A stretch of 48,926 nt of DNA from Coprothermobacterota bacterium (lineage in GTDB: Bacteria > Coprothermobacterota > HKB111). Below the pieces are notes generated by a model. It was not told where the DNA came from. It ran no database searches and saw only the letters and a program-made list of their open reading frames with translations. Positions within the stretch are counted from its first letter, which is position 1; every line of letters starts with the position of its first letter. The translations under genes were made by a program, and so were the position numbers. The stretch is from contig JBBIUB010000008.1 in NCBI GenBank assembly GCA_037440465.1, forward strand, positions 1-48,926. Reading direction: 5' to 3'. Positions 28,487 to 39,669 of the stretch are shown here, piece by piece.

Positions 28487-28630
28487 ATTAAAGCACCATA
28501 AAAAGTCTTTGTCAAGGGGTACTATAACATTGTTACCAGAGAGTATAAACATACCTGAAAATATTTACTAGAGTCAGTAAACAGTCTCTTAAATACCCCC
28601 TTGACAAAGGTTAACCTTTATGGTATACAT
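28487..28630. promoter_or_regulatory. Mirror-image divergent promoters with palindromic operator-like sites
   Basis: Minus strand: TTGACA (28515-28510), 17 bp, TG-extended TTTAAT. Plus strand: TTGACA (28601-28606), 17 bp, TATACA. Perfect palindrome AAAGGTTAACCTTT at 28606-28619; TTTACT-N6-AGTAAA at 28564-28581. Confidence 0.7.
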
Positions 28631-28748
28631 AAAAAACAGAAATATTTTTTATATAATTGCTATTTTAAATTTTTGGAGGTGAAGTAGCTTAATAGACTGC
28701 TTGAGCAGCAGAGTTAGAAAACCTATAAAAGGAGGAAGGATTAAGTAA

Positions 28749-31013
28749 ATGAAAAGATTTGTAGGAATAGCGTTAATTGGCTTATTAGCCATTTCTGTGT
28801 TCAGTATTAACAGCTTAGCCTACGCTCAAGCTGGACTTAAAGATGTACCCGGCCATCTTTTTGAGTTTGAAATCACCAAGTTAGTAGAAACTGGAGTTAT
28901 CAAAGGTTTCCCCGACGGGACATTCAAACCCGATGCATCCATTACCAGAGCCGATGTTGCCATCATATTAGCTGGTGCTAAAAAGTTGGCAATTGAAAAG
29001 CCCGCAGTGAGTCCTTTCAAAGACTTAGCCACAACTCACTATGCTTACGGACATATAGTAGCAGTTAACAAAGCTGGCTTTATGAGGGGTTATCCCGATA
29101 GAACCTTCAAACCCACTAACAACATTACCCGTTCTGAAATAGCTGCCCTCCTGGGTCAGGTTAAGGGATTAGCTGCTGCAGCTGCTAAAATCACTAAACC
29201 CATTGTCTTCTCTCAAGACGAATCCGCCATTCCAGCCTGGGCAGTACCCTGGGTTACCTTAGCAGTCAGGTCTGAGAATCAGTATCTCCATCACAGAAAT
29301 GACGGAGTTTTTAGAATTATTGCTCCTCTCGCTGCTGCAACTCGTGGAGATGTGGCTTACGGTGTATATCAGGTAACCAATCCTCCCAAAAGAAGTTCTG
29401 TCGTTAATGTTACCATGGGTCAAGAACCCGATACATTGCACGGCTGGATAGGTACCATGGCTGCAATGCAGGTTGTTGCCAACTGTACAGCTACACCAAG
29501 TGTTGGTCGGGAAAATACCTGGGCTTTATACCCTGGTAATATGTCTGTAATACCCACCATTGAAAACGGATTGTGGAAAGTTGTTGGGACAAATATGGAA
29601 GTAACCTACCGTATTCGTGAAGGTATCAAATTCCACGATGGAAAACCTGCCACCATTGACGACTGGGCCTATGCCTTCATGGTATTTATGGACCCCATGA
29701 CTCCTGTTGTTTCACGAATTATTGAACTTAAAACTGACTTCACTAAGGGCGCTGGTGCTTATGGCATCAAGGGTTTTGATGTTCTGGATCCTCTTTCAGT
29801 AAAAGTATATTTTAAGGAATTAGATTTCAGGGTCAACTTAGGCTTAATTGGTGGAGGTCTTTATCCCAAGCATGTTCTTGAAACTCCCTTTACCGAAATG
29901 AAAAAAACTGGTAACGTAGATCTCTTCAGAAAAGATGAAACTATGTCAAGAAAACCTATCTCTACTGGAGCCTATAGCATTGTTGAATGGAAACCAGGTG
30001 TTCATATCCTCCTAAAAGCCAATCCTGATTTCCTTCTTGGAAAACCCAATGTTGATACCATTGTATTTCGCTTCATTCTAGACACCACCGCTCTACTTGC
30101 TCGTATCATATCTGGTAAAGATAACGATGTAACTGCCATTGGCATCTCTACTGACCAGGGTATTCAGCTGGAAGCCAGAAAGTCTACTCATACCAAAGTT
30201 CACTTTATCTCTGGTTTAACCTGGGACCATATGGGTTTCAACCTGGACAACCCAGTCTTAGCTGATATTAGAGTTCGTAAAGCTTTCATCCAGGGTATTG
30301 ACAGAGCAAGCATAGTTAGAGTCTTGTTCCAGGGTAAAAATCCAGTTGCTGACGGTTTTTATGCTCCAGGTCATTTTGGTTACGATGCTGAAAATGTTGT
30401 TAAATATTCTTATAACCCAGCAGCTTCCAGAAAATTACTGGACGAAGCTGGTTGGATTGTGGGTGCTGATGGTTTTAGATACAAAGGTGGTAAGCGTTTA
30501 ACTATCATCCTGGAAACCACTGCTGGTAATGCCATGCGCGAATCCATTCAGTCCATATGCAAAACCCAACTAAGAGACGTTGGAATTGACCTTGACATCT
30601 CTAAAAACCGTCCAGCTGGTGCCTTCTTTGCACCTCCTTACTTCTTGGGAAGACAGTGGCCCGATATGGTTTTGTTCGCCTGGTTAACCTCTCCAACTTC
30701 TATTGGTGATACCATCTTCCGTGCTGATTCCATTCCCTCTGTGGAGAATGGGTATGAAGGACAAAACGTCTACGGTTGGAGAAACGCTGAAGCCACTGAA
30801 CTATTAAAGAAAGCAGCCACTGAAATGAGTGATGCAGAACGCAGAAAGTTGTGCGTCCGCGTACAATATCTCATAACAGACGAACTTCCTGTTGTTCCTA
30901 TGTTCTTTAGAACCGATGTCAATACTTCTAAGATAAATATGGCTAGTGTTAAACCCATTGCTCTTGCTGGTCAGTATATAACCTGGAACTGCTATAACTG
31001 GTATTTCCGTTAA
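28749..31013 (+). CDS. SLH-domain / ABC family-5 substrate-binding protein fusion (SBP2)
   Basis: Sec signal (AYA/Q) with no lipobox Cys; SLH motifs GFPDGTFKPD..ITRAD, GYPDRTFKP..ITRSE, ATRGD; QEPDTL, IREGIKFHDGKP, VRKAF..GIDR. Confidence 0.9.
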   Translation: MKRFVGIALIGLLAISVFSINSLAYAQAGLKDVPGHLFEFEITKLVETGVIKGFPDGTFKPDASITRADVAIILAGAKKLAIEKPAVSPFKDLATTHYAYGHIVAVNKAGFMRGYPDRTFKPTNNITRSEIAALLGQVKGLAAAAAKITKPIVFSQDESAIPAWAVPWVTLAVRSENQYLHHRNDGVFRIIAPLAAATRGDVAYGVYQVTNPPKRSSVVNVTMGQEPDTLHGWIGTMAAMQVVANCTATPSVGRENTWALYPGNMSVIPTIENGLWKVVGTNMEVTYRIREGIKFHDGKPATIDDWAYAFMVFMDPMTPVVSRIIELKTDFTKGAGAYGIKGFDVLDPLSVKVYFKELDFRVNLGLIGGGLYPKHVLETPFTEMKKTGNVDLFRKDETMSRKPISTGAYSIVEWKPGVHILLKANPDFLLGKPNVDTIVFRFILDTTALLARIISGKDNDVTAIGISTDQGIQLEARKSTHTKVHFISGLTWDHMGFNLDNPVLADIRVRKAFIQGIDRASIVRVLFQGKNPVADGFYAPGHFGYDAENVVKYSYNPAASRKLLDEAGWIVGADGFRYKGGKRLTIILETTAGNAMRESIQSICKTQLRDVGIDLDISKNRPAGAFFAPPYFLGRQWPDMVLFAWLTSPTSIGDTIFRADSIPSVENGYEGQNVYGWRNAEATELLKKAATEMSDAERRKLCVRVQYLITDELPVVPMFFRTDVNTSKINMASVKPIALAGQYITWNCYNWYFR

Positions 31014-31042
31014 AGATTTAAACTAACGAATAATAATTAGGA

Positions 31043-31073
31043 TAAAGGGGGGTGGTTTTCACCACCCCCCTTT
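31043..31073 (+). terminator. GC-rich stem-loop after SBP2
   Basis: AAAGGGGGGTGGT-TTTC-ACCACCCCCCTTT perfect stem. Confidence 0.75.
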
Positions 31074-31096
31074 CCAGAAAAAGAGGTGACTGAAAT

Positions 31097-32083
31097 TTGC
31101 GTGATTATCTTATAAGAAGACTGTTACAGCTCGTCCCGCTGATAATAGCCGTAAGCCTTCTCATTTATTTCATAATTGACCTTGCTCCAGGTGACCCTCT
31201 GGAACAGTTGTTACTAAATCCAGATATAAAACATGAAGATATAGCAAGGTTAAAAGAACTTTACGGAGTGGGTGGGCCTTTTATAGAACGCTGGGCTAAG
31301 TGGTTGTGGCGGCTGGTGCGCTATGCGGACTTGGGAGTAGCCCGATTTCACCCTTACCCGGTGATTAGCCTTATAGCTATGCGAGTACCTGTTACACTAC
31401 GGTTGAGCATAGCTGCTATGGCTATCAGTTTACTGGTTGCCTTGCCTGTGGGTATTTTCTCTGCACGAAGGCAATACTCAAGCTGGGATAATATTTTTAC
31501 AGGGTTAGCTTTTTTTGGGCGGTCTATGCCCACCTTCTGGTTTGGGATTATGTTAATCCTGATATTTGGAATTTATCTGGGAAATACACCCTTTACTCTT
31601 CCTATGGGTGGTATTACCAGCTTTGTTTATACTGAAGGTATTCCTTGGTATAAAATCCAGCTTGACTCTGTAAAACACTACCTCCTGCCGGTCTTTGTAT
31701 TAGGTTTAGCAGGTATGACTGGATGGACCCGTTATGTTCGCTCCACACTTCTGGAAGTTCTCAGGCAAGACTACATCAGAACTGCCCGAGCCAAGGGTCT
31801 CTCAGAAAGAGTGGTCATCTGGAAACATGCCTTCAGAAATGTGCTAATCCCTCTGATTACCCTAATAGCCTTAGCCTTACCTGGTTTATTTGCTGGAGCT
31901 ATCATAACTGAAAGAGTTTTTGCTCTTCCTGGTATGGGACAACTTATTTTCCAAGCAGTAATAAGCAAAGATTTTAACTTAGCAGTGGGTTGTCTTACCT
32001 TCCTTTCCCTACTTACTATCTCCTGTAACCTACTGGCTGATATTATGTATGCCATAGCTGACCCTCGGGTCAGATTTCGTTAG
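31097..32083 (+). CDS. oppB: ABC permease OppB/DppB-like, operon 2
   Basis: MRDYLIRRL, APGDP, DYIRTARAKGL, ADPRVR. Confidence 0.92.
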   Translation: MRDYLIRRLLQLVPLIIAVSLLIYFIIDLAPGDPLEQLLLNPDIKHEDIARLKELYGVGGPFIERWAKWLWRLVRYADLGVARFHPYPVISLIAMRVPVTLRLSIAAMAISLLVALPVGIFSARRQYSSWDNIFTGLAFFGRSMPTFWFGIMLILIFGIYLGNTPFTLPMGGITSFVYTEGIPWYKIQLDSVKHYLLPVFVLGLAGMTGWTRYVRSTLLEVLRQDYIRTARAKGLSERVVIWKHAFRNVLIPLITLIALALPGLFAGAIITERVFALPGMGQLIFQAVISKDFNLAVGCLTFLSLLTISCNLLADIMYAIADPRVRFR

Positions 32084-32100
32084 ATAGGGAGGTATCTGAA

Positions 32101-33036
32101 TTGTCAAAAGATATTGAAATGAAAAAATCCACATTTGATGAAAAAGACGAATTTGAACTTTCAAAAAAAGAATACAGTTACTGGAAATCAGTATATAGAA
32201 GATTCAGACGCCATAAAATGGCTACAATAGGTTTTATAGTTTTAACCTTAATCATAGCCTTTTCCATAATAACACCTATGGTAAGTCCTTATACAATGGA
32301 TCAGATATCCCTTGAAAACCGCTTCAGTGAACCATCAAGTAAGTATATTCTCGGAACTGATGAGATTGGTAGAGATGTTCTAACCCGTCTCGCTTATGGA
32401 GGTAGGATATCTCTTTTCGTGGCTGTTGTAGCTGCTTTATCTTCCCTGGCTATAGGTGCTATAATTGGTAGTATAGCAGGTTTCTTCGGAGGCTGGGTGG
32501 ACAACGCCTTGATGAGACTGGTAGATGTGTTACTGTCTATCCCTACTTTTCCTCTTCTCATGCTTCTCGCTATGTATTTTGGTGGAAGCCTCTGGAACCT
32601 CATATTGATTATAGCGGTATTGGGGTGGATGAGTGAATCTCGTTTAGTTAGAGGTTATTTCTTATCTCTCAGAGAGACAGAATTTGTAGAAGCCGCTTTT
32701 GCCATTGGCGCTTCCTCCAGAAGAATAATCTGGCGCCATATCATGCCTAACGCCCTGGCAATTCTTATCGTTAGCGTTACTTTAAGTGTAGGCGGTATTA
32801 TCCTCTATGAAGCTGCCCTAAGCTACCTGGGCTTGGGAATTGCACCACCAACACCCTCCTGGGGTAACATGCTTCAAAGGTCTATGGATTATATTCTGGG
32901 AGCCCCAACTAAATCAGGAGGACCACCCTGGTGGTTAACCTTCTATCCTGGTTTGATGATTTTCTTAACCGCTCTCTCTGTTAATTTTATGGGTGACGGC
33001 TTAAGAGATGCCTTAGACCCCAGGTTAAAATTGTAA
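32101..33036 (+). CDS. oppC: ABC permease OppC/DppC-like, operon 2
   Basis: [36 protein letters not shown]. Confidence 0.92.
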   Translation: MSKDIEMKKSTFDEKDEFELSKKEYSYWKSVYRRFRRHKMATIGFIVLTLIIAFSIITPMVSPYTMDQISLENRFSEPSSKYILGTDEIGRDVLTRLAYGGRISLFVAVVAALSSLAIGAIIGSIAGFFGGWVDNALMRLVDVLLSIPTFPLLMLLAMYFGGSLWNLILIIAVLGWMSESRLVRGYFLSLRETEFVEAAFAIGASSRRIIWRHIMPNALAILIVSVTLSVGGIILYEAALSYLGLGIAPPTPSWGNMLQRSMDYILGAPTKSGGPPWWLTFYPGLMIFLTALSVNFMGDGLRDALDPRLKL

Positions 33037-33049
33037 TTCAGGGAGGAAT

Positions 33050-34078
33050 TTGATGAACGAAGTTAATGACTACTTAGTAAAAGTTAACAATCTAAAGACT
33101 TATTTCTACACCGAAGATGGGGTAGTACCAGCGGTAGATAATGTCAGTATGTCCATTAAAACCGGTGAGACTCTGGGTGTGGTGGGAGAATCAGGTTGTG
33201 GTAAATCTGTAACTGCTCTCTCCATAATGAGATTGATACAGCAACCACCCGGGAAAATCTTAGATGGTGAGATTCTTTTTAAAGGTGAAAGTATACTCCT
33301 AAAAAAAGAAGACGAAATGCGTGAAATCAGGGGTGACAAGATTGCTATGATCTTCCAGGAACCCATGACTTCTCTAAACCCTGTCTATATGGTTGGAGAC
33401 CAAGTTGCGGAAGCTATCATTCTTCACCAGAAACTCAGTAAAAAGGATGCCCTGGACAAGGTCGTTCAGGTGTTCAACCTGGTGGGTATTCCCGACCCTG
33501 TTAAAAGACTCAATAATTATCCACATCAAATGTCAGGAGGTATGAGACAAAGGGTAATGATAGCTATGGCTCTATCCTGTAATCCCGACCTTCTAATTGC
33601 TGACGAACCCACTACTGCTCTTGATGTTACAATTCAAGCTCAAATCCTGGAACTTATGAAGGAACTTAAAGAGCGACTTGGAATGGCTATTATGCTTATT
33701 ACTCACAACCTGGGAGTTGTGGCTGAAATGGCTCAACATATCCAGGTAATGTACGCTGGAAAAGTTGTAGAATACGCTCCTGCCAGAGAGATCTTCAAGG
33801 ACCCTCAGCACCCCTACTCCTATGGCCTTCTCTACTCTGTACCCCGCTTGGACAGAGGAAAATCCAAAGAGCCACTACCTACCATTGAAGGAGTCGTTCC
33901 TAACCCTTACAACATGCCTCCTGGTTGTAGATTCCACCCTCGATGTAAATACAGGATGGATATCTGCGAAAAAGAGGAGCCATCTTTGGTACATATAAAA
34001 GGCGAAAATAGAGTAGTTGCTTGCTGGCTCTTCATGGAAAAGGGTAAGCAGGACTTCTTAGCAGAAGGAGGAATGTAA
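33050..34078 (+). CDS. oppD: ABC ATP-binding protein OppD/DppD
   Basis: [27 protein letters not shown]-terminal GCRFHPRC. Confidence 0.95.
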   Translation: MMNEVNDYLVKVNNLKTYFYTEDGVVPAVDNVSMSIKTGETLGVVGESGCGKSVTALSIMRLIQQPPGKILDGEILFKGESILLKKEDEMREIRGDKIAMIFQEPMTSLNPVYMVGDQVAEAIILHQKLSKKDALDKVVQVFNLVGIPDPVKRLNNYPHQMSGGMRQRVMIAMALSCNPDLLIADEPTTALDVTIQAQILELMKELKERLGMAIMLITHNLGVVAEMAQHIQVMYAGKVVEYAPAREIFKDPQHPYSYGLLYSVPRLDRGKSKEPLPTIEGVVPNPYNMPPGCRFHPRCKYRMDICEKEEPSLVHIKGENRVVACWLFMEKGKQDFLAEGGM

Positions 34079-34079
34079 G

Positions 34080-35054
34080 ATGGCTGAGAATGAAGTTTTA
34101 ATAGAAGTTCAAGACCTATACAAGTACTTTCCCATCACCGGCGGTATATTTGGTAGAACTGTGGCTAATGTAAAAGCGGTTGATGGCATCTCCTTCAAGA
34201 TTCATAAAGGTGAAGCACTTGGCTTGGTGGGAGAATCAGGAAGTGGAAAAACCACTGTAGGCCGCACCCTACTGCGTCTTATTGAACCAACTAAAGGAAA
34301 TATTTTATATGATGGTGTGGATATAAGTAAATTATCCAAGGGTAAATTAAGACCTTTGAGAAAACACATGCAAATTATTTTCCAGGATCCATTTGGTTCC
34401 CTCAACCCCAGAATGACTGTGGGTGAAATGTTAGGAGAGCCAATGGAAATACACGATATAGCCCATGGGATGGATAAAGACAACAAAGTCCAGGAACTCC
34501 TGAAACTTGTAGGTTTAAGAGGTGAGCATGCCAGAAGATATCCCCATGAGTTCTCTGGTGGTCAGAGACAGAGAGTTGGTATTGCTCGTGCTCTATCTGT
34601 TAACCCCTCTTTTATTGTGGCAGACGAACCTGTATCAGCACTGGATGTATCAATTCAAGCTCAGATTATTAACCTGTTAATTGAGCTACAGACCAGGTTG
34701 AACCTCACCCTTCTATTCATCGCTCATGATCTGGGAGTTGTCAAACGCATGTGTGACACCATAGCCGTTATGTATCTGGGTAATATCATGGAACATACAG
34801 AAAATGCCAAACTCTTCGGACAACCTCTTCACCCCTATACCCAAGCCTTACTCTCTGCTGTTCCTATCCCCGATCCGGATATAAAAAGAGATCGTATTAT
34901 CCTTAGAGGTGATATACCTTCACCTATCAATCCACCAAAGGGATGTAAATTCCACACTCGTTGTCAGTTATTTGAAGCAGGTCTCTGTGATGTTAAGCTC
35001 CCCGAATTGAGAGAGGTTAAACCAAGACACTTTGTAGCCTGTCACCTGGTATAA
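34080..35054 (+). CDS. oppF: ABC ATP-binding protein OppF/DppF
   Basis: GESGSGKT, FSGGQRQR, VADEPVSALD, GCKFHTRC. Confidence 0.95.
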   Translation: MAENEVLIEVQDLYKYFPITGGIFGRTVANVKAVDGISFKIHKGEALGLVGESGSGKTTVGRTLLRLIEPTKGNILYDGVDISKLSKGKLRPLRKHMQIIFQDPFGSLNPRMTVGEMLGEPMEIHDIAHGMDKDNKVQELLKLVGLRGEHARRYPHEFSGGQRQRVGIARALSVNPSFIVADEPVSALDVSIQAQIINLLIELQTRLNLTLLFIAHDLGVVKRMCDTIAVMYLGNIMEHTENAKLFGQPLHPYTQALLSAVPIPDPDIKRDRIILRGDIPSPINPPKGCKFHTRCQLFEAGLCDVKLPELREVKPRHFVACHLV

Positions 35055-35057
35055 ACT

Positions 35058-35124
35058 AAACACTCCCCTAATCCTCAAACACCCCTTTATTCCCTATATC
35101 AAGAGGGGACAAAGGGGTGTTTTT
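35058..35124. repeat. Family B palindromic repeat overlapping the deacetylase stop codon
   Basis: AAACACCCCTTTATTCCCTATATCAAGAGGGGACAAAGGGGTGTTT hairpin (35078-35123). Confidence 0.75.
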
Positions 35125-35831
35125 TCTAATACTAATGAGAAGGGAAGAGGTTTTAAACCTCTTTTTGGGAGAAGATCAAAAATCATTGGCAAAGAATTAA
35201 TTAAGTTTTCTCTGTTACTACCAAATCTACTAACAATAAAACCGCTATCGTGAAAAAGTAAAACATGACCAGGCTTAACTCTTTTCTCTACATGTTTCAA
35301 TATTCCCTTAGCACTCATGCCTCGCCAGTCGTAACTACTTAGTGACCAGAGAACAAGTTTCATATTTAGACTACGTGTTATTTTTAAAATCCTACGGTCC
35401 ACAAGTCCTCTCGGAGGTCTCAACATATCCACAGGCTCACCGAGAATATCTTCAATAACCATATTCCCATCAATTATCTCTTTACAAATTCTCTTACTTG
35501 AAAGAAATGGTAAGAGAAAGTGGTTCTGAGTGTGATTACCTACAAGATGACCACGGCTCCTTATCTCTCTTGTTAGTGATGGATATTTTAATGCCTGTTT
35601 CCCCACGAGGAAAAATGCTGCTTGGGTATTGTTTTTTTCTAAGATATCTAAAACTCTTGGTGTATATTTCAGGTTGGGTCCATCATCAAATGAAAAGTAC
35701 ACTCCACGATGAGAAGATGGTCCACGCCGTAATACCCATCTGGGGTATCCTCGGTAAACATACAAATTGAGGCCATAATAACTCAGAAATGTAAAAGTTA
35801 AACCGAGGCCAGCTAGACTTTCGTTTAACAT
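35094..35831 (-). CDS. Polysaccharide deacetylase (NodB/CE4), membrane-anchored; start uncertain (35861 or 35831)
   Basis: SFDDGP, GNHTQNH, RPPRG, WSLSSYDW, LLFHD. Confidence 0.9.
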   Translation of the reverse strand: MLNESLAGLGLTFTFLSYYGLNLYVYRGYPRWVLRRGPSSHRGVYFSFDDGPNLKYTPRVLDILEKNNTQAAFFLVGKQALKYPSLTREIRSRGHLVGNHTQNHFLLPFLSSKRICKEIIDGNMVIEDILGEPVDMLRPPRGLVDRRILKITRSLNMKLVLWSLSSYDWRGMSAKGILKHVEKRVKPGHVLLFHDSGFIVSRFGSNRENLINSLPMIFDLLPKRGLKPLPFSLVLEKTPLCPLLI

Positions 35832-35861
35832 CTCGAGATTAGGCTCGCCTTTACTTGACAA

Positions 35862-36010
35862 ACAGGGTTCGAGGATTCAAGGGTTCGAGTGACGTGTAAT
35901 ATACAATATGTGATTTGTGACATGTGACGAGTGGCAAATCTAAATCTTTAAATCTCATATCTTTCACTTGAATCTTTGACTCCTTTACCACTTGAATCCT
36001 AAAACTTGAA
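35862..36010 (+). repeat. Family C copy 4 with a nested ~78-bp insert of 7-bp microsatellites
   Basis: Matches 27962-28016 on both sides of the insert 35906-35983 (GTGATTT GTGACAT GTGACGA; AAATCT-like units). Confidence 0.85.
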
Positions 36011-36020
36011 GTTAGTATTA

Positions 36021-36058
36021 AAAGGGAGGGTTAGTCTTCACAGCTTTCCCTCCCCTTT
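36021..36058 (-). terminator. Hairpin downstream of groEL, possible terminator
   Basis: AAAGGGAGGG...CCCTCCCCTTT. Confidence 0.5.
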
Positions 36059-36075
36059 GTTACTATATTATCTAT

Positions 36076-36146
36076 CTCACCCCCCCTTAACCCCCAATCT
36101 CCCCTCTAACAAGAGGGGGTAGGGGGTGTGTTAGAAGGGGAAGAGT
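36076..36146 (+). repeat. Nested family A/B palindromic repeat
   Basis: CTCACCCCCCCTTAACCCCC...CCCCTCTAACAAGAGGGGGTAGGGGGTGTGTTAGAAGGGGAAGAG; 24 bp identical to 46268-46291. Confidence 0.85.
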
Positions 36147-36161
36147 TAGTAACTACCAGTA

Positions 36162-37799
<1,638 letters not shown>

Positions 37800-38090
37800 T
37801 TAACTTTCAATAACAGCTAAAATATCACGTTCGTTTAATATTAGGAAATCATCGCTCTCTATCTTGATATCAGTGCCCGCATATTTAGCAAAGAGAACTA
37901 TATCGCCTTCTTTAACTTCGAGGGGCACTCTCTGCCCATTGTCCAGAACTTTTCCGGTGCCTACAGCCAGTACTTTACCCTTTTGGGGTTTCTCTTTAGC
38001 TGTATCTGGGATTACAATCCCACTTTTAGTAACTTCTTCTGCCTCAAGAGGCTTAATAAACACGCGATCACCAATCGGTTTAACCTTCAT
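37800..38090 (-). CDS. groES: Co-chaperonin GroES
   Basis: [30 protein letters not shown]. Confidence 0.99.
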   Translation of the reverse strand: MKVKPIGDRVFIKPLEAEEVTKSGIVIPDTAKEKPQKGKVLAVGTGKVLDNGQRVPLEVKEGDIVLFAKYAGTDIKIESDDFLILNERDILAVIES

Positions 38091-38274
38091 AAAAAACTAC
38101 CTCCCTATAATTATTTTTATTATAATTTCTATTAATACCCAAAAAGATTTGTTTTTTAACATTAACTTCGTGGGTTAAATGTAATTATACCACAGACCTA
38201 TTAGTTTTTTAAGTTTATTAAAATACTGTTAACAAATACTCTTGTCATTAACATGCAGGTGTTTACTGAAGCTT

Positions 38275-39636
38275 TTATATCTCTATCTTTTCCCAATGCC
38301 TGGCTCTGAACCTTAAGAAATTTACAGTTGACCTGTAAAGGATGTCCACACTCATAGCTATCCATGCTCCTAAGAGACCCAAACCCTGAAAATTAATTAA
38401 AAAGTAAGCCAGGGGAAGTCTGATTAGCCATATACCCGTACCTGAAGTAAACATAGGAAACCTGGTATCTCCAGCACCCCTCAAAGAACCTGCCATGATG
38501 AATTGAGTGGCTAAAGAAGCTTGAAGAAGTGCTATTATTCTAAGAACCAGGACTGCCGAATTTATAACTTCCGGGTCACTTGTAAAAACCTTTACTATTA
38601 ATGTGGGAATCAAAAAAATGATAAATCCTATGAAAGCCATCATGGAAGCACCAATTTTTAATGTTTCCATAGCTACATTATAAGCACCCTTGTCATCTCC
38701 TCTCCCTCTATACTGACCTACCATAACAGTAACACCCATAGCAAAACCCCATCCAACCATAAAGGAAAGGGATTCTATATTCAGCGCGATTCTGTGAGCG
38801 GCATATACTTTAGTTCCCAGGTTTAAGACTATCCCACTGAAAACAAGTAAGCCTCCTGTAAAAAGAACTTGCTCTATGGAAGCAGGGAACCCGAGAGTAA
38901 ACATTCTTTTAAGACACGCCAGATTAAAAGGATTAATTCTACTCTTAAGATGGAAATGGGTTCTACGTTTAAAAAGAAGTAAAAGGTATATCAAAACAGC
39001 CAGGGCTCTGGAGAATGCAAACGCAAAAGCAGTTCCTTTAACACCCAAGGCAGGAAAACCAAATCGCCCGAAAATAAGAATATAATCCAGAAAAATGTTC
39101 AAGCCTATAGTAAAACAAGCGAGATAAAAAGGAGTCTTTGTATCACCACTTCCCCTGAATATGGCAGACATTACTAAAAAAAGAACAAAAAAGACTGATG
39201 GTCCGAGGGCATACTTTATATATAAAGATGCTTGTAACAGGAGGGCTTCTTCTATAGAAAAGAAGATAAAAAAGACTCTGGGAAAAAACCAGGCAAGAAA
39301 ACCAAGTCCAATACCTGCAATCAAGCTCAAAACCAAAGAATGATAAGCCACCTCCTGTGCCCCCTCAACATCGCCACTACCTATTCTGTGAGATATCAAA
39401 ACAGTGGTCCCCACCACTATTATTGCCAGTACAGCACCAATAGTCATAATTATCTGGTGAGATAAACCTACTGCTGCCAGGTAGAGCGGACCAAGAACAC
39501 CTACAAAAGCTGAGTTGACCAGAATAAATACTGAATTTAGAAATTGCTCTCCCATTAAGGGCAAGGCAAACCGTAATATCTTAATACGAAGGTCATTCTC
39601 CGACTTTAAAATTTTATTAATAATCCTAAGAAACAC
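38275..39636 (-). CDS. MATE family efflux transporter
   Basis: About 12 TM; RGSGDTKTP, NIFLDYILIFG, LRGAGDT. Confidence 0.93.
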   Translation of the reverse strand: MFLRIINKILKSENDLRIKILRFALPLMGEQFLNSVFILVNSAFVGVLGPLYLAAVGLSHQIIMTIGAVLAIIVVGTTVLISHRIGSGDVEGAQEVAYHSLVLSLIAGIGLGFLAWFFPRVFFIFFSIEEALLLQASLYIKYALGPSVFFVLFLVMSAIFRGSGDTKTPFYLACFTIGLNIFLDYILIFGRFGFPALGVKGTAFAFAFSRALAVLIYLLLLFKRRTHFHLKSRINPFNLACLKRMFTLGFPASIEQVLFTGGLLVFSGIVLNLGTKVYAAHRIALNIESLSFMVGWGFAMGVTVMVGQYRGRGDDKGAYNVAMETLKIGASMMAFIGFIIFLIPTLIVKVFTSDPEVINSAVLVLRIIALLQASLATQFIMAGSLRGAGDTRFPMFTSGTGIWLIRLPLAYFLINFQGLGLLGAWIAMSVDILYRSTVNFLRFRARHWEKIEI

Positions 39637-39669
39637 TGTTATTAATTACCAATGAAATAATCGGTTTAA

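Noticed and set aside
35308..35334. CIRCE-like TTAGCACTC-N9-CAGTCGTAA
   Set aside because: Inside the deacetylase CDS, downstream of groEL, with 3 mismatches in the right arm; probably chance.
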